DNA of 56,322 nucleotides from an uncultured virus (IMG/VR IMGVR_UViG_2061766007_000564) (Duplodnaviria > Heunggongvirae > Uroviricota > Caudoviricetes), in the IMG/VR virus record IMGVR_UViG_2061766007_000564. One strand, 5' to 3'. The translations under genes and the position numbers were made by a program. Under the pieces are notes generated by a model. That model was not told the DNA's origin. It searched no databases and worked only from the letters and a program-made list of their open reading frames with translations. Positions 54,675 to 56,322 of the stretch are shown here, piece after piece; the stretch's first letter is position 1, and the number at the start of each line of letters is the position of its first letter.

Positions 54675-56231
54675 ATGGACCCGATAATCTACAAGAAAAC
54701 CCATAAGAGAATCCGTGAGCTAAATCCGTTCACGCCTGGGTCTCCGGGCGAAGACCCATTAGAATCTTTGGTGTACCTTAAAGAGTCCAGGAAATGGCGA
54801 GCTGTGCTTGACAAGACCGCCGGAATCGATGGACACATACCGTCCGATTCATACGGCATTCCTTTAAGTCGATTAGTTGTGCTTAGTCAGAATAGGAAAG
54901 TACCGGCTGCATTTTTACCATCTTCAATATCATCTGGTTCAGATGACCGTATCATTGAATGCGAATATCATAGTGGTAGTACAGACCCGCGGGAAGCGTT
55001 GCCGGATTCGGGCGATGCAGATTATGGTAATTTCGGCGTAGTATACAAGGTATTAATGCCTTCGGGACAATCGGATTTGTTCTATAGATACGTCCCCAGT
55101 GCCAGGAGGTCTGAAGACGAACCCTGGTATTATGTATATTGTTCAATACCGTCAAAATGTAAGTACATTGATGGACTAGGGACTGTAGTACATGACGATA
55201 TTTCGCTGAGTAGTGGTAAGTATTATAGGCAAATAGATATAGATGTAGGTTCGCCCATTGCTCATAGGAATACGCTAATTGCAATAAATGGCAATGCGGA
55301 TGGCCCATTGGTCCATACCAGGAGTGCGCATATATCCTCTGAGACAACCGAACCATCAAGTTCATCCGGGTCAGGGTTTGGGGACGCATTTTACATACTA
55401 TCTGCGACATTAGATGCAGAATTGGCGGGGCACATTGACAACGCATCGGAATCTGAATTGCGGTTTCCTTCCACTGCTGCAACCACATCAACCCCGGGGT
55501 TGGTTACCGTAGGAACTGACATAAAATCTATTGCATCCGACAATGATGCGGGTACTATTGGTCCATTGTATACAGCGGTTGCTGCTGCCGACCATAAGCA
55601 TAAGATGTCTGCGTTGGAATTTACGGATGCCAACACAATTGATGGCGGGAATATTACATATGCCGGCCATCAACCGGTTAGCTATGATTTTAGAAGGATA
55701 CTCTATGCGACATTGCCGGCAAATCCGCCATCGGAGGCATCTATACTGACCTCTAGTGGGGCAACTGTAGTTGACCAGCAGGGTGAAATAATCCAATGCG
55801 GACAAGCGGCGTGGAAGCCGGTATCGCAGACGTTCCATACGGAATCGTTTTCTGGAAGCGGTAGCCGTACAACTGTAGGCACATCGGATACGACACTATG
55901 CACGCTGTATGGACTAACGACGGATTGTATCTACTTGGTGACGGCACAACTCGATGCATCCATCGTGGCTGGAGCCGGCAGTGCGCAGCTCGGGCCGGTC
56001 CCGACTACGCATTCCCTGAAACTGCTAGTCGGCAATATAGACAAGTATGTCAACCTTCCGGGCTCATGGACATATGATATGCCCTGGGCAGGGACCGTGT
56101 CATGGATTATCAAGGCATCCGGCCCGTCTATTGTTCTTTATGGAGCGATTGAAGGAAATTCCGTAAATGATAACTACACCAATATTTTCGGCGTGCAGTG
56201 CACGAACATGACGGCCGTGCGTCTCAGGTAG
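54675..56231 (+). CDS. Tail fibre protein, paralogous to the preceding fibre end
   Basis: TAAT..TPGLVTVG.DI.SI..N.AG..VAAADHKHK..ITY.G..IL.ATLP shared with 53050-54672. Confidence 0.72.
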   Translation: MDPIIYKKTHKRIRELNPFTPGSPGEDPLESLVYLKESRKWRAVLDKTAGIDGHIPSDSYGIPLSRLVVLSQNRKVPAAFLPSSISSGSDDRIIECEYHSGSTDPREALPDSGDADYGNFGVVYKVLMPSGQSDLFYRYVPSARRSEDEPWYYVYCSIPSKCKYIDGLGTVVHDDISLSSGKYYRQIDIDVGSPIAHRNTLIAINGNADGPLVHTRSAHISSETTEPSSSSGSGFGDAFYILSATLDAELAGHIDNASESELRFPSTAATTSTPGLVTVGTDIKSIASDNDAGTIGPLYTAVAAADHKHKMSALEFTDANTIDGGNITYAGHQPVSYDFRRILYATLPANPPSEASILTSSGATVVDQQGEIIQCGQAAWKPVSQTFHTESFSGSGSRTTVGTSDTTLCTLYGLTTDCIYLVTAQLDASIVAGAGSAQLGPVPTTHSLKLLVGNIDKYVNLPGSWTYDMPWAGTVSWIIKASGPSIVLYGAIEGNSVNDNYTNIFGVQCTNMTAVRLR

Positions 56232-56322
56232 GCGTCCCGCCGAACTTTACCATGTTGTGAATGAAGAACCTTATTCCGCAGTCACCGCACTCGCGGAAGG
56301 TTCCCTTTATGTCCCTCCCGGA
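56224..56322 (-). CDS. Possible 3' end of a convergent gene
   Basis: Open frame SGRDIKGTFRECGDCGIRFFIHNMVKFGGTPT* running off the window edge. Confidence 0.3.
   Translation of the reverse strand, partial: SGRDIKGTFRECGDCGIRFFIHNMVKFGGTPT

Noticed and set aside
1..56322. Stop-codon reassignment as seen in some gut jumbo phages
   Set aside because: Genes are full length in the standard code, and TAA, TAG and TGA all terminate recognisable genes.
1..56322. CRISPR array, tRNA or rRNA genes
   Set aside because: No regularly spaced repeat-spacer array or cloverleaf-like sequence was seen. Intergenic gaps are short and explained by terminators and promoters. A tRNAscan/Infernal run was not possible.

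Overview
A 56-kb scaffold fragment of a large T4-like (myovirus, probably jumbo) bacteriophage, covering the late/virion region. It encodes the major capsid protein (gp23-like), a free-standing Hef-like endonuclease, prohead core, protease and scaffold genes, a gp55-like late sigma factor, Hsp20, gp15, an amidase endolysin, a Dps-like protein, a 2H-phosphoesterase/GNAT/DHH cluster, gp13, a DEDDh exonuclease, gp14, gp6, a gp7-like baseplate protein and several very large tail/fibre proteins. Two glycosyltransferases sit inside the tail module. Four promoter types are visible by eye: a late motif (T)ATAAACT(A) at about 13 gene starts, a host-type CTATATTTG(G) motif, one perfect sigma-54 site before hsp20 and one TTGACA-N17-TATATT site. 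Several late proteins carry gp21-type Phi-X-E propeptides, including a Dps-like protein and a protein whose lipoprotein signal lies behind the propeptide. Many 10-N gaps are flanked by near-identical duplicated or out-of-order pieces. I read these as strain haplotypes stitched by the scaffolder, so coordinates of the large tail genes are approximate. The host is uncertain; an FCB-group anaerobe such as Fibrobacter is an inference only. All family assignments come from motif recognition by eye, not database searches.
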